Shown here piece by piece: positions 1-7,794 of a stretch of DNA of 35,017 nt; the first letter of the stretch is position 1; every line of letters begins with the position of its first letter. The stretch lies in assembly GCA_964345915.1 (NCBI GenBank), contig CAYFTD010000172.1, positions 1 through 35,017 on the forward strand. The letters run 5' to 3'. Both the position numbers and the translations under genes were made by a program. Under the pieces are notes generated by a model, which was not told the DNA's origin, ran no database searches, and saw only the letters and a list, made by a program, of their open reading frames with translations. This DNA is from an uncultured archaeon. Its GTDB lineage: Archaea > Asgardarchaeota > Thorarchaeia > Thorarchaeales > Thorarchaeaceae.

Positions 1-6
1 CTGACG

Positions 7-1131
7 ATGTCCGCTGAGAATTCAAGGTTAAACTTCTGGCAGGGAAATCAGGCGTGTGCCGAGGCTGCAATTGAAGCAGGTTGTAGGTTCTTTGCAGGAT
101 ATCCAATCACTCCAGCCTCTGAGATTGCCGAGATAATGGCATTTCGACTTCCGCAGGTTGGAGGAACGTACCTGCAGATGGAGGATGAGATAGGAGCCAT
201 CTCTGCCGTGATTGGCGCGTCGTGGGGAGGGTCTCTCTCAATGACTGCGACTTCAGGACCCGGTTTTAGTCTGATGCAGGAGAACATTGGATATGCCGTA
301 ATGACTGAAACTCCCTGTGTGATTGTCAACGTACAAAGAGGTGGCCCTAGTACTGGACAGGCCACAAAAGCGGCGCAGGGTGATTTCATGCAGGCAGGTT
401 GGGGCACTCATGGAGACCATGAGAGTATAGTGATTGCACCATATTCAGCACAAGAAACTTATGAGTTAACGCTACGAGCCTTCTCTCTGTCTGAAAGACT
501 GAGGCATCCTGTCATTGTGCTTTCGGACGAGATTGTTGCTCACGCACGCGAAAGAGTCGTGATAGACACGGAAAGGAGTAATGAGGTTATTCGACGTTAT
601 GCGGGAGAAGGAGACCCGCCATATGGTGGAGTCGATGATGGATGGTCAATAATGCCCCGATTTGGTGACGGACATGACCTACTAGTAACTGGCTCTACCC
701 ATGACGAGTTGGGATTCAGAAGAACGGCCGATCCTCAAACTCACAATAGCCTGGTACGCAGAATCACAGGTAAGATTCAGGATGAACGAGAGCTTCTGAC
801 TGATGTAGTAGTGTCTGGACCACGAAGAGCTGATTGGGGCGTTATTTCGTACGGGTGTACCTCAAGATCTGTTGAAGAAGTCATGACGAACATCTCTGAT
901 TTGAGTGTCAAGTCTCTTAGACTGAGAACACTCTGGCCATTTCCAGATGGTGAAGTGGCGCAATTCGCGAAGTCCGTCGGTTCATTATTGGTTCCTGAAC
1001 TCAGCCTAGGCCAGCTATCTCGAGAAGTTTCGAGGGCGGTGGGTGATTCTGTGAGGGTTGTATCGTTGGCCAAGATAGGAGGTGGCTTAATGATAGAACC
1101 TGGTGAGATCGTTGATAGAATCACTGAATGA
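7..1131 (+). CDS. korA: 2-oxoacid:ferredoxin oxidoreductase, alpha subunit
   Basis: 374-aa ORF. The blocks AGCRFFAGYPITPASEI, MTATSGPGFSLMQE and VQRGGPSTGQATK are the hallmark alpha-subunit motifs of the 2-oxoacid:Fd oxidoreductase family. The ATG at 7 abuts an upstream stop (cTGAcgATG). Confidence 0.85.
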   Translation: MSAENSRLNFWQGNQACAEAAIEAGCRFFAGYPITPASEIAEIMAFRLPQVGGTYLQMEDEIGAISAVIGASWGGSLSMTATSGPGFSLMQENIGYAVMTETPCVIVNVQRGGPSTGQATKAAQGDFMQAGWGTHGDHESIVIAPYSAQETYELTLRAFSLSERLRHPVIVLSDEIVAHARERVVIDTERSNEVIRRYAGEGDPPYGGVDDGWSIMPRFGDGHDLLVTGSTHDELGFRRTADPQTHNSLVRRITGKIQDERELLTDVVVSGPRRADWGVISYGCTSRSVEEVMTNISDLSVKSLRLRTLWPFPDGEVAQFAKSVGSLLVPELSLGQLSREVSRAVGDSVRVVSLAKIGGGLMIEPGEIVDRITE

Positions 1132-2876
1132 GTTTGAGTGGTCTGTGTTGATTGACCTGCTCCTGATCCTTGTGGAGCTTGATGATTCTCTCCTATTGTG
1201 ATGCTGATGTTGGTCTGCATCCAAACTAGTATTGATGTTGAGATATTGATCGTTCCACACCAAGGACTGCTTACCTGCAGTGTCACTTGATGCGAACCTG
1301 GGAGAATTGATAGCGGCAGGGAAACCTGTACCGGAACTGTGGTGTTTGCATCTTGGATGAAGGCTGTAGGATTAGTCAGATTGTCAATCCACACACGAAG
1401 GTCTATCATGTTTACAGACTGGTTCGTATCATCAGTGACATTCAGAACTATGTCCATTCCTTCTGCATAATAGGCCATTCCCACCTCACAGCTGGCATTC
1501 ATAATGCCAGTAACCAACAGTTCGAATTCAGCAGGTTCGTTGAATTGGTATGAGTTTTCTTCGATATCCATTGTAACTGTATGTGGACCAAGTGAAACAT
1601 TATGGCTGACGACCAAGTCAATTTGCGAATGCGTGTTGACCTCAATGGAAGCATATGTGACAAGCTGGCCACTTGGGTCGCTAATTCTCAATGGAATGGA
1701 TTGATTCAGCAACAGAGTTGAATTGGCATTGAAGCGTACAGAAACATTAGTGCCACGTACTGCATCCCATGTCGAGTTTGTCCATAGAAGACTTAGAGAA
1801 TATGGATTGGCCTCGACCTCGATTGTTTCTGTTTCTGTTCTATAGAAGGGATTGGTCGCAGTCAAGTTAATATTATACCGCCCAGGTCCAGTTTCAAAAG
1901 GGATTGATACGTTGTACAGTCCAGAACCAATGTTGGTCATTGTGCCGGCTGAGAACGCAGTTTCCCATTGGATTGTGCTATCTGATATAGGCTGACCAGC
2001 TCTGTTCTTCTGCTCTAAAAGGATGTCGACAGACTCTGTCTGACTCCCGTCATGAGTTTGACAATGCACGGAAGAAGGTGAGGAGATCACTGTCAGATTA
2101 GAGGATGGTTGTGTTATTGTAAGTGGAAATGACTGCGAAAAGGGAGTGAAGTCTTCGGTTCCGTTGCTTGATATCATCAGACTGTATTCGCCCGGAAGAA
2201 TCGTTGAAGAGTTCAAGCTGAAATGGACCAGGCCATCAGAGGAGGTTGTGGTGTGATCTTGAAACAGCTCTGTTAGAGAGGAATTGAGTAGTGTTATTGA
2301 TACTGGAGAATTCACGTATGCAATAGTGTCACTGTGTATCGATGCTACCTTGAAGATTAGAGTACTGTTTGTGCCAAACTCCAAACTGAGCGATGAGAGT
2401 GAAGTGGCCTTCAGGCGTCCTCTTGTAATGTTGACTTGGATTGTGTCACCGTCCCCTTGGGAGTATGAGTCATAGACTTCTGTAGTAAACATGACATAAG
2501 CCTGTGTGCCTGCTACTCCAGGAGAGGTGTCCTGAGGTGAAATTGTATATGACGAGTTGAAGAAACGTGCTTCGATTGACGGCGGAATGAAGTAACTATT
2601 CCCAAATACGGGACCTTGGTCGGTCGTGACTGCAAAAGAAACATAACACCATCCTTGGTCGCTGAAGTCTGCAGTTAACTTTGCAACCATATGGATTGTT
2701 TCCCCGACCTCGTATACTAGCTTGTCTGTTTCAAAATAGTCAAACTCGAAGTAGTATGCTGAAACAGGTTTAATCAAGACTATCAGGACAACGATAGAAA
2801 CTACGACCGCGGCCACTGTTTCTTTGCTCAATTGACACACCGAAGGTTGGTGTTCGCATTCCCTAAAAAACGGCAC
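777..2876 (-). CDS. Membrane-anchored surface protein with Ig-like repeats, rich in N-glycosylation sequons
   Basis: 699-aa ORF with a GTG start. It has an N-terminal hydrophobic anchor (VAAVVVSIVVLIVLIKPVSA). Units of ~95-100 aa end in G-x-[YH]-x-[LV]-x-[LIM] strands (LPGEYSLMISS, GPGRYNINLTA, LGPHTVTMDI, LPGSHQVTLQV). More than 20 NxS/T sequons. The last ~118 codons run antisense through korA, so the true 3' end is uncertain. Confidence 0.6.
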   Translation of the reverse strand: MPFFRECEHQPSVCQLSKETVAAVVVSIVVLIVLIKPVSAYYFEFDYFETDKLVYEVGETIHMVAKLTADFSDQGWCYVSFAVTTDQGPVFGNSYFIPPSIEARFFNSSYTISPQDTSPGVAGTQAYVMFTTEVYDSYSQGDGDTIQVNITRGRLKATSLSSLSLEFGTNSTLIFKVASIHSDTIAYVNSPVSITLLNSSLTELFQDHTTTSSDGLVHFSLNSSTILPGEYSLMISSNGTEDFTPFSQSFPLTITQPSSNLTVISSPSSVHCQTHDGSQTESVDILLEQKNRAGQPISDSTIQWETAFSAGTMTNIGSGLYNVSIPFETGPGRYNINLTATNPFYRTETETIEVEANPYSLSLLWTNSTWDAVRGTNVSVRFNANSTLLLNQSIPLRISDPSGQLVTYASIEVNTHSQIDLVVSHNVSLGPHTVTMDIEENSYQFNEPAEFELLVTGIMNASCEVGMAYYAEGMDIVLNVTDDTNQSVNMIDLRVWIDNLTNPTAFIQDANTTVPVQVSLPLSILPGSHQVTLQVSSPWCGTINISTSILVWMQTNISITIGENHQAPQGSGAGQSTQTTQTHSVILSTISPGSIIKPPPILANDTTLTESPTALETSRDSWPRLSSGTNNEPTDFANCATSPSGNGQSVLSLRDLTLKSEMFVMTSSTDLEVHPYEITPQSALRGPDTTTSVRSSRSS

Positions 2877-2922
2877 ACGATTACAGCGACAACTTTAATT
2901 CAAGACATGGTGCCCTCTGCAT

Positions 2923-3312
2923 TTGGACCCGGAGTGTATGAGTATTATGGTAGTAAGGCTGAAGGGTACCATTGTCGAGTCTGTTGAGGACACCGAAACA
3001 AGGAAACTAAAGCTGTTGAAGATGGTATGTAAAGAGGAAGGGGCTAGAGTTGTGCTGGAGCTTCCAGAAGTTCTCAGTGATCAGATGAAGGCAAAGGATG
3101 CTGTTCTCATGATCATAGATTCTAAGCCAATTTCAAGGGGGAAAAATGCGAAGCTATACGCAGAAGGAAAGGTCTTCCGAATCAACGAGGATAGCGGCAT
3201 GGAAGTAGTCGGGACTATTGGAGGTCTGAGGTTGGTTCTTACTTTGAGCAACCCGAGTACTTCTCAGAAAAACACGTTCAGTACGGACAGGTTCTTCTTA
3301 GCTATCATATGA
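2923..3312 (+). CDS. Possible RNA polymerase subunit Rpo8 (RpoG, Rpb8-like)
   Basis: 129-aa ORF; the start may be an internal Met (MVVRLKG). The C-terminal block VVGTIGGLRLVLTLSN...DRFFLAII resembles the Rpb8 C-terminus (SFGGLLMRLEG....AYLLIRR), and the N-terminal beta-rich part is compatible. This rests on remembered family motifs only. Confidence 0.4.
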   Translation: MDPECMSIMVVRLKGTIVESVEDTETRKLKLLKMVCKEEGARVVLELPEVLSDQMKAKDAVLMIIDSKPISRGKNAKLYAEGKVFRINEDSGMEVVGTIGGLRLVLTLSNPSTSQKNTFSTDRFFLAII

Positions 3313-3341
3313 CTGGCGACAGTCTTGGCTAGCGTGAGTTT

Positions 3342-4271
3342 CTAGGGTCTTTCATTGGATTGTTGTGCTGAATCGACAGAAGACAACTCTGAATCAGTTG
3401 TAAGTGAACAGGCAATCATTGGCGCTAGTGGTAAATATAGAGGCCAAAGAAACCTAGCATCGAAATAGGCAAAGAAAAGACCCAAGAAAGCCAATGGAAG
3501 AAGTGCTAGGATTCCAAGAGACGCGTCCTTACTTACTAACTTCCAACGGTGGCATTTGTCACTTGTAATCGTGATCAAGAGAATTGTCACTGGTAATACA
3601 AATGTGATTCCGATTACTCCCACGACTTCAAACGGTCTATCGAATATATTGAGATTGAATCTAAGCGTGTTCGATAACTCGCCGAATATGAGAAATCTGA
3701 GTGCAAGATGCAATATTGAGGCTGGAACAATTACCCAGAGTTTCTTCACCCCCTCTCTTAGTACGTAATACAGCCCGATGAAGAGGACTATCTCTTTCAC
3801 AATGACTCCAAAGAGAAGCATTGTCATTGCGAACCAATCACCTAGGCCCTCTATCATTCCTATGACAATGGCCACCATCACAAGTACCGCAAGTGCATCA
3901 ACGAGGGGTACTGGACCATAGAATGCTACGGGAAATGATGCCGTACAGATAGCTGCAGCATAGAAAGCGGGCCTATCATCCATGGAATAACCTCTCACAT
4001 ACCTGTGGATTCCAAGACCAATCAAACAGACAAAGAGTACGTTCAAAGCAGAGAGTATTAGGAAAGAGTCACCCAAGCCGTTTAGTATGGACACCACAAA
4101 TGGTATTGCTGGTCTCAAGGCGAAGGGTGCACGAACGTCTTCGATGCCCCCTTCTCCATCGAAGTACTCGATGTAATCAAGATACACTTGACTGTCCGGA
4201 TAGACATGACCAAATCTAACGACTGATGTTACACACGCCAAGACAATCAGTGTAATCGCGTATTTGTTCAT
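3342..4271 (-). CDS. Polytopic integral membrane protein (possibly a GT-C-like glycosyltransferase)
   Basis: 309-aa ORF with ~8-9 hydrophobic helices. The first loop carries an acidic/aromatic patch (YPDSQVYLDYIEYFDGEG) like the DxxY loops of GT-C enzymes. A TATA-like ATTTAAGG lies ~30 nt upstream of the ATG. The function is a guess. Confidence 0.65.
   Translation of the reverse strand: MNKYAITLIVLACVTSVVRFGHVYPDSQVYLDYIEYFDGEGGIEDVRAPFALRPAIPFVVSILNGLGDSFLILSALNVLFVCLIGLGIHRYVRGYSMDDRPAFYAAAICTASFPVAFYGPVPLVDALAVLVMVAIVIGMIEGLGDWFAMTMLLFGVIVKEIVLFIGLYYVLREGVKKLWVIVPASILHLALRFLIFGELSNTLRFNLNIFDRPFEVVGVIGITFVLPVTILLITITSDKCHRWKLVSKDASLGILALLPLAFLGLFFAYFDARFLWPLYLPLAPMIACSLTTDSELSSVDSAQQSNERP
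3593..3600. repeat. GTAWTAC motif copy (GTAATACA, single unit)
   Basis: Exact 8-mer inside the 3342-4271 membrane-protein gene. Confidence 0.5.
3765..3772. repeat. GTAWTAC motif copy (GTAATACA, single unit)
   Basis: Exact 8-mer inside the 3342-4271 membrane-protein gene. Confidence 0.5.
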
Positions 4272-4488
4272 GGAATGTCAGTCCGTCTTCAACTTCTCAC
4301 CCTTAAATTCATGACTCCCCGGAGATTATTTGGCCCCTCTACCACTCGGGAGTGAATAGTTTCGGTAACCCCTCTTTCTGTCAGTCAGGGCTGCATATGT
4401 TCATTCTGGCCGATTAAGGATTCACTGAAGCGAATACTGTTTCCCACAGAATGTATTGGCAATTGCCTAAAGTCTAGTTAGGGAATCT

Positions 4489-5547
4489 GTGATGTCCTTT
4501 TATTGGGTGTGGTCTTTGATTGATGAAACATTCGAGGCTATTCAGAACTCGTCTTGGTCTTGTCCTGACTGTTCGGGTTTGCTAGTGGTGAACCAGGGTT
4601 ACATAGTATGTGTAAAATGTGGTCTGGTTGTTTCCAGAGAGTATGTCCTGCCCACTTACCAAATGGGTGAAGAACGGTCTACCAACAAGCCCGAAGCAAC
4701 TGTCTATGTGTCTCTAGGCAATCGCATGCATATTGTTGATGGGCTTGGAAGCTATATTGGTTTTCACAAAGAGAGGTACTTTCAGGATGCACAGGGTCAC
4801 ACTCTGTCAGCAAGATCGCAGAAGAAGTTCAAGCGTCTAAAGACAATCTATAGCACACGGATTAGGATAGGCAGGAATGAGGCAAAATACAGAGCTCTTA
4901 GGACACTCAATCACGTTTCAAAACTGCTTATGTTAAGTGAACAGGTGCGAGATCGTACTGCATACCTATACAAGAAGATAGCCACGGAGGCCTCCAGAAA
5001 AATCACTAACAATATCCTGCTCATTGCGGTATGCCTGCTTATGGCTGTTCGTGAGTTCAGAGAAGGTGCTCCAATAACCTTGGACGAAATAGCCAATACG
5101 TTTGAGAGGTGTGGCCACCGTGTAAATGTTAGGGCTATAGTAAGAGAGGCATTGAGGCTCAAATCGCTGACAGGTTTTGCTCCTGAAATTCGTCGTCCAG
5201 AGGACTATGTGCCAAGAGTTCTGTCGATGCTAATGAATAGTGAGAGAGTCGTCAGGAAGGTGAAGGCTCGCGGCTGGAACTTGAGAAGTTATGAAAATGC
5301 GCTCAGAGACAAGATGCTTGAGGTTCTCGGGATGATACCACCTTCAAGAAGAGGGGGTCGGAACCCGTTCATATTCACAGTTTCTGCGGCCTATGCCAGT
5401 GATCGATTGATTGCTGATGAGAATGGAAGACGTTCTGTGCTCACTCAGAAGCTTACATCCAGAGCAACAGAAGTGGCTGAGTATAGTATACGTGATCACT
5501 TCGGAATGATGAAGAAAGAAATCGTGGTGCTAAGTGGGCCTGGTTAG
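4489..5547 (+). CDS. tfb: Transcription initiation factor B (TFIIB-like), divergent paralog
   Basis: It has a Zn-ribbon (CPDCSGLLVVNQGYIVCVKCGLV) followed by two cyclin-like repeats (RDRTAYLYKKIA..., NPFIFTVSAAYASDRL). The usual B-reader block (GPEWR) is not recognisable. GTG/ATG/TTG start choices exist within the first 10 codons. Confidence 0.8.
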   Translation: MMSFYWVWSLIDETFEAIQNSSWSCPDCSGLLVVNQGYIVCVKCGLVVSREYVLPTYQMGEERSTNKPEATVYVSLGNRMHIVDGLGSYIGFHKERYFQDAQGHTLSARSQKKFKRLKTIYSTRIRIGRNEAKYRALRTLNHVSKLLMLSEQVRDRTAYLYKKIATEASRKITNNILLIAVCLLMAVREFREGAPITLDEIANTFERCGHRVNVRAIVREALRLKSLTGFAPEIRRPEDYVPRVLSMLMNSERVVRKVKARGWNLRSYENALRDKMLEVLGMIPPSRRGGRNPFIFTVSAAYASDRLIADENGRRSVLTQKLTSRATEVAEYSIRDHFGMMKKEIVVLSGPG

Positions 5548-5596
5548 ACCGGGCTTGACCTATCATATCTGAATTGACTGAAAGAGCTGAGAGTGA

Positions 5597-7294
5597 ATGT
5601 CGAAGCGTGATGTATCTGTCTTCAGCTGTCCAGGAGATAGATGTCAAGAGTGTCCAGACTTCACATTGTCCAGGTGTTCGAAGCTCGTTCTCCTCAGAGA
5701 TGATGGTTCTTCTAGAGTCGTTATACTTGAACCGGATAGGAATCTCATTCATATTGGTGGTCTAGCAGAATCGTTTCCAGTCGAACCGCCGTGGTATTCT
5801 GACTCTTGGGAGTCGGTCTATGTCCATGACTATAGCAAGGTTCTTGATTCAGAGAGAAGTCTGGTTGATGTCTATGTTGTTGATCCCTATCTCACTCTCT
5901 TCCATAATAGCTCGAATGAGAATGGTTTCCTGCACCGAACATACCCTCTAGTCAAGAGTCCTTTAGAATATGGGCTTCTGAATGAGCTTAGCGACAACAT
6001 ACATAGACAGACACAAGGTCTGTCTGGTGACAGAGTAGAGCTTTCAGATAGGCTTCGACGCCTGTCTCAATGTGTTTCTGACAACATCATGGAAACGTTA
6101 CCAGAGATCAGCGATATGACAAGAAGGAGAATATCTGATGCTGTGGCTGGACGAACTTCCGTATTGGGACCACTTCTTCCACTCTTGCTGGACGACGAGG
6201 TTGAGGAGGTTTACGTGGACAGACCTGGAACCTATGCTTATTTTGACCATCGCCGCTTTGGTCGTTGTCGATCAGGCTTTAAACTACCGCACGGCGACGT
6301 AGAACGACTTGTGACCCTGATAAGGGCAGAGAGCAACCTCAGTCTGGACAGAAGAAACCCTTCGCTCAAGACTGAGCTCAGGCTCTTTGATGTTGTACTG
6401 CGCTTGGCCATAAGCATACCACCACTTAGTCACGATGGAATGCATCTTGAGATTCGTCGGGCGAAGAAGTCCCCATTCTCCATCTTGGACCTGATACGAA
6501 ACGAAACTCTTGTTTCAGAGGCGGCGGCGATTCTCCTATTGGCGGTTGGTTCCAGATTTAACGTAACGATAACTGGTGGTCCAGGGACAGGGAAGACAAC
6601 TCTGTTGAATGCTCTCGATATGAGCACACCTTCAATGTGGAGAAAGGTCTACATCGAAGATGCTGTTGAGAGTAGAGTTGTACCTGACCACCACCAAGTG
6701 CGTATCAGTGTAGATCCGGTTGATGAAACAAGTAGGAGATTCGATAAGACGGCAGAGATAGTGAAAAGCCTCCATCGCTCGCCAGACTATCTCATCCTCG
6801 GTGAGATACAGACCAAGGAACACAGTGAGGCTCTCTTCCAAGCCATCGCAGCTGGGCTCAGGACTATGCAGACATGCCATAGCTACTCAGCAGAAAGTCT
6901 TGTTTCTCGCTGGACTGCAGGACATAAGATAGAAACAACGAGCATGGCACTTATGGATCTGATTGTCACGATGGAGAGACCGATACCTGGTAGATCGTAT
7001 CGCAGAGTGAGTAGCATCGTTGAAGTCCGAAAGGCGATCATTGATGGGTTTCTTAGGTTCTTAGGGTTACATACGGTGTACAATTGTCGTAGTTCAAATG
7101 AAGTGAAATGGGCAGAGGATGGTGCCTTCTTGTTCCATTCGCGCGAGTTAGGACTTGATAGTCATGTTCCCGCGTTCGAGGCTATTGTTGGGTGCATAAG
7201 AGAAGAAATCGATTCATCTCTTGGAAACGTAAGACCTACATTAGGTGATCGACTATGGAAACGAGGGCATCCGATGCAATTCTTGGGAGTCTAG
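5597..7294 (+). CDS. Type IV filament / secretion NTPase (PilB/FlaI/TadA superfamily)
   Basis: Walker A ITGGPGTGKTTLLNAL (~6574-6600), Asp box YIEDAVE, Walker B PDYLILGEIQTKE and His box MQTCHS. The archaeal-style N-domain has a VYV..DPYL pattern. There is an extra N-terminal Cys cluster, CPGDRCQECPDFTLSRC. Confidence 0.8.
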   Translation: MSKRDVSVFSCPGDRCQECPDFTLSRCSKLVLLRDDGSSRVVILEPDRNLIHIGGLAESFPVEPPWYSDSWESVYVHDYSKVLDSERSLVDVYVVDPYLTLFHNSSNENGFLHRTYPLVKSPLEYGLLNELSDNIHRQTQGLSGDRVELSDRLRRLSQCVSDNIMETLPEISDMTRRRISDAVAGRTSVLGPLLPLLLDDEVEEVYVDRPGTYAYFDHRRFGRCRSGFKLPHGDVERLVTLIRAESNLSLDRRNPSLKTELRLFDVVLRLAISIPPLSHDGMHLEIRRAKKSPFSILDLIRNETLVSEAAAILLLAVGSRFNVTITGGPGTGKTTLLNALDMSTPSMWRKVYIEDAVESRVVPDHHQVRISVDPVDETSRRFDKTAEIVKSLHRSPDYLILGEIQTKEHSEALFQAIAAGLRTMQTCHSYSAESLVSRWTAGHKIETTSMALMDLIVTMERPIPGRSYRRVSSIVEVRKAIIDGFLRFLGLHTVYNCRSSNEVKWAEDGAFLFHSRELGLDSHVPAFEAIVGCIREEIDSSLGNVRPTLGDRLWKRGHPMQFLGV

Positions 7295-7367
7295 GAACTC
7301 GCCGGCTGTGATGTTTTGGGGCACTTAAAATACCGTTACCTAGACATCAGTTCAGGTGGACCTATTA

Positions 7368-7568
7368 ATGGTGAAAAAAGACCTCATCGTGGATGAATCT
7401 GGTGGCCCCCTGGTAGAGGAGAGTCTTCTCTTGGGTCTTGCAGTGGTCACTGTTTCGATAGTGATAGCCGTTATCCTACAGGCGACGGGGTGGGCACAAG
7501 ACATTGTCGGAAGTCTTCTGAAACTCTTGGAGGATAGCTGGAGCAGTTTCACAAGTCTCTTTCCCTAG
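7368..7568 (+). CDS. Flp/Epd-type prepilin-like small protein (class III signal peptide)
   Basis: MVKKDLIVDESGG|PLVEESLLLGLAVVTVSIVIAVIL closely mimics the Flp leader and cleavage region (..DESGATAIEYGLI..): short basic leader, Gly, Glu at +5, then a hydrophobic helix. It lies 61-73 nt downstream of the ATPase gene. An alternative GTG start is at 7356. Confidence 0.5.
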   Translation: MVKKDLIVDESGGPLVEESLLLGLAVVTVSIVIAVILQATGWAQDIVGSLLKLLEDSWSSFTSLFP

Positions 7569-7673
7569 TGTCACTCAGCCAGTGGTATCATACTGCTTCA
7601 AATGGCCCTTTTGCGGGGAAAGCCTTATTTGTGGTCCTGAGGGAGCACTCCCGCTCCGGATTGGTGCCAATTA

Positions 7674-7784
7674 GCTCCGGTAGATGTGCTATGAGAATCA
7701 TCATGGTATTGCCGTGTGTAGTCCGGCCCAGCATGGGGGACTCTCGATCCCCCGACCCGGGTTCAAATCCCGGCCGGAGCACCA
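7674..7784 (+). tRNA. tRNA-Glu: tRNA-Glu (anticodon CUC) with a ~33-nt intron in the D-arm region and genomically encoded CCA
   Basis: The 5' acceptor GCTCCGG (7674-7680) pairs with CCGGAGC (7774-7780). T-arm is CCGGG-TTCAAAT-CCCGG. Anticodon stem GGGGA/TCCCC has loop CTCTCGA (CTC at 7743-7745). The D-arm GTGTAGTCCGGCCCAGCAT resumes at ~7716, leaving 7683-7715 as extra sequence. A73 plus CCA occupy 7781-7784. Confidence 0.75.
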
Positions 7785-7794
7785 TTCGATTCTT

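Noticed and set aside
48-407. Many 60-216 aa ORFs lie antisense to or out of frame with strongly supported genes. Examples: 48-407(-), 11232-11729(-), 11624-11998(-), 14089-14472(+), 15769-16419(-), 21130-21468(+), 22546-22890(-), 29696-29983(-), 33064-33435(-), 34359-34667(+).
   Set aside because: Each is fully embedded in a gene with clear family motifs on the other strand or frame. Their translations are low-complexity or Ser/Arg/Cys-rich and lack any recognisable motif. They are typical shadow ORFs.
1125-1137. 13-nt identity TGAATGAGTTTGA between the korA 3' end (1125-1137) and the spacer next to the left inverted repeat (30947-30959).
   Set aside because: With ~35 kb compared against itself, several exact 13-mers are expected by chance (about n^2/2 divided by 4^13, roughly 9). 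There is no extended similarity around it.
5594-5600. Recurring GTGAATG / GGTGAATGAT at or near start codons (5594, 20104, 27562, 30946), as possible extra copies of the TGTGAAT array motif.
   Set aside because: GGTGA is complementary to the 3' end of archaeal 16S rRNA. The copies next to start codons are best explained as Shine-Dalgarno sequences followed by start codons, and only the array inside 19.6-20.1 kb is treated as a repeat.
7653-7659. A second GCTCCGG 21 nt upstream, as an alternative 5' end of the tRNA-Glu.
   Set aside because: It would put A at position 8 and require a much longer, more awkward insertion. The 7674 copy is followed by TA, giving the canonical U8. It may be part of the leader or precursor structure.
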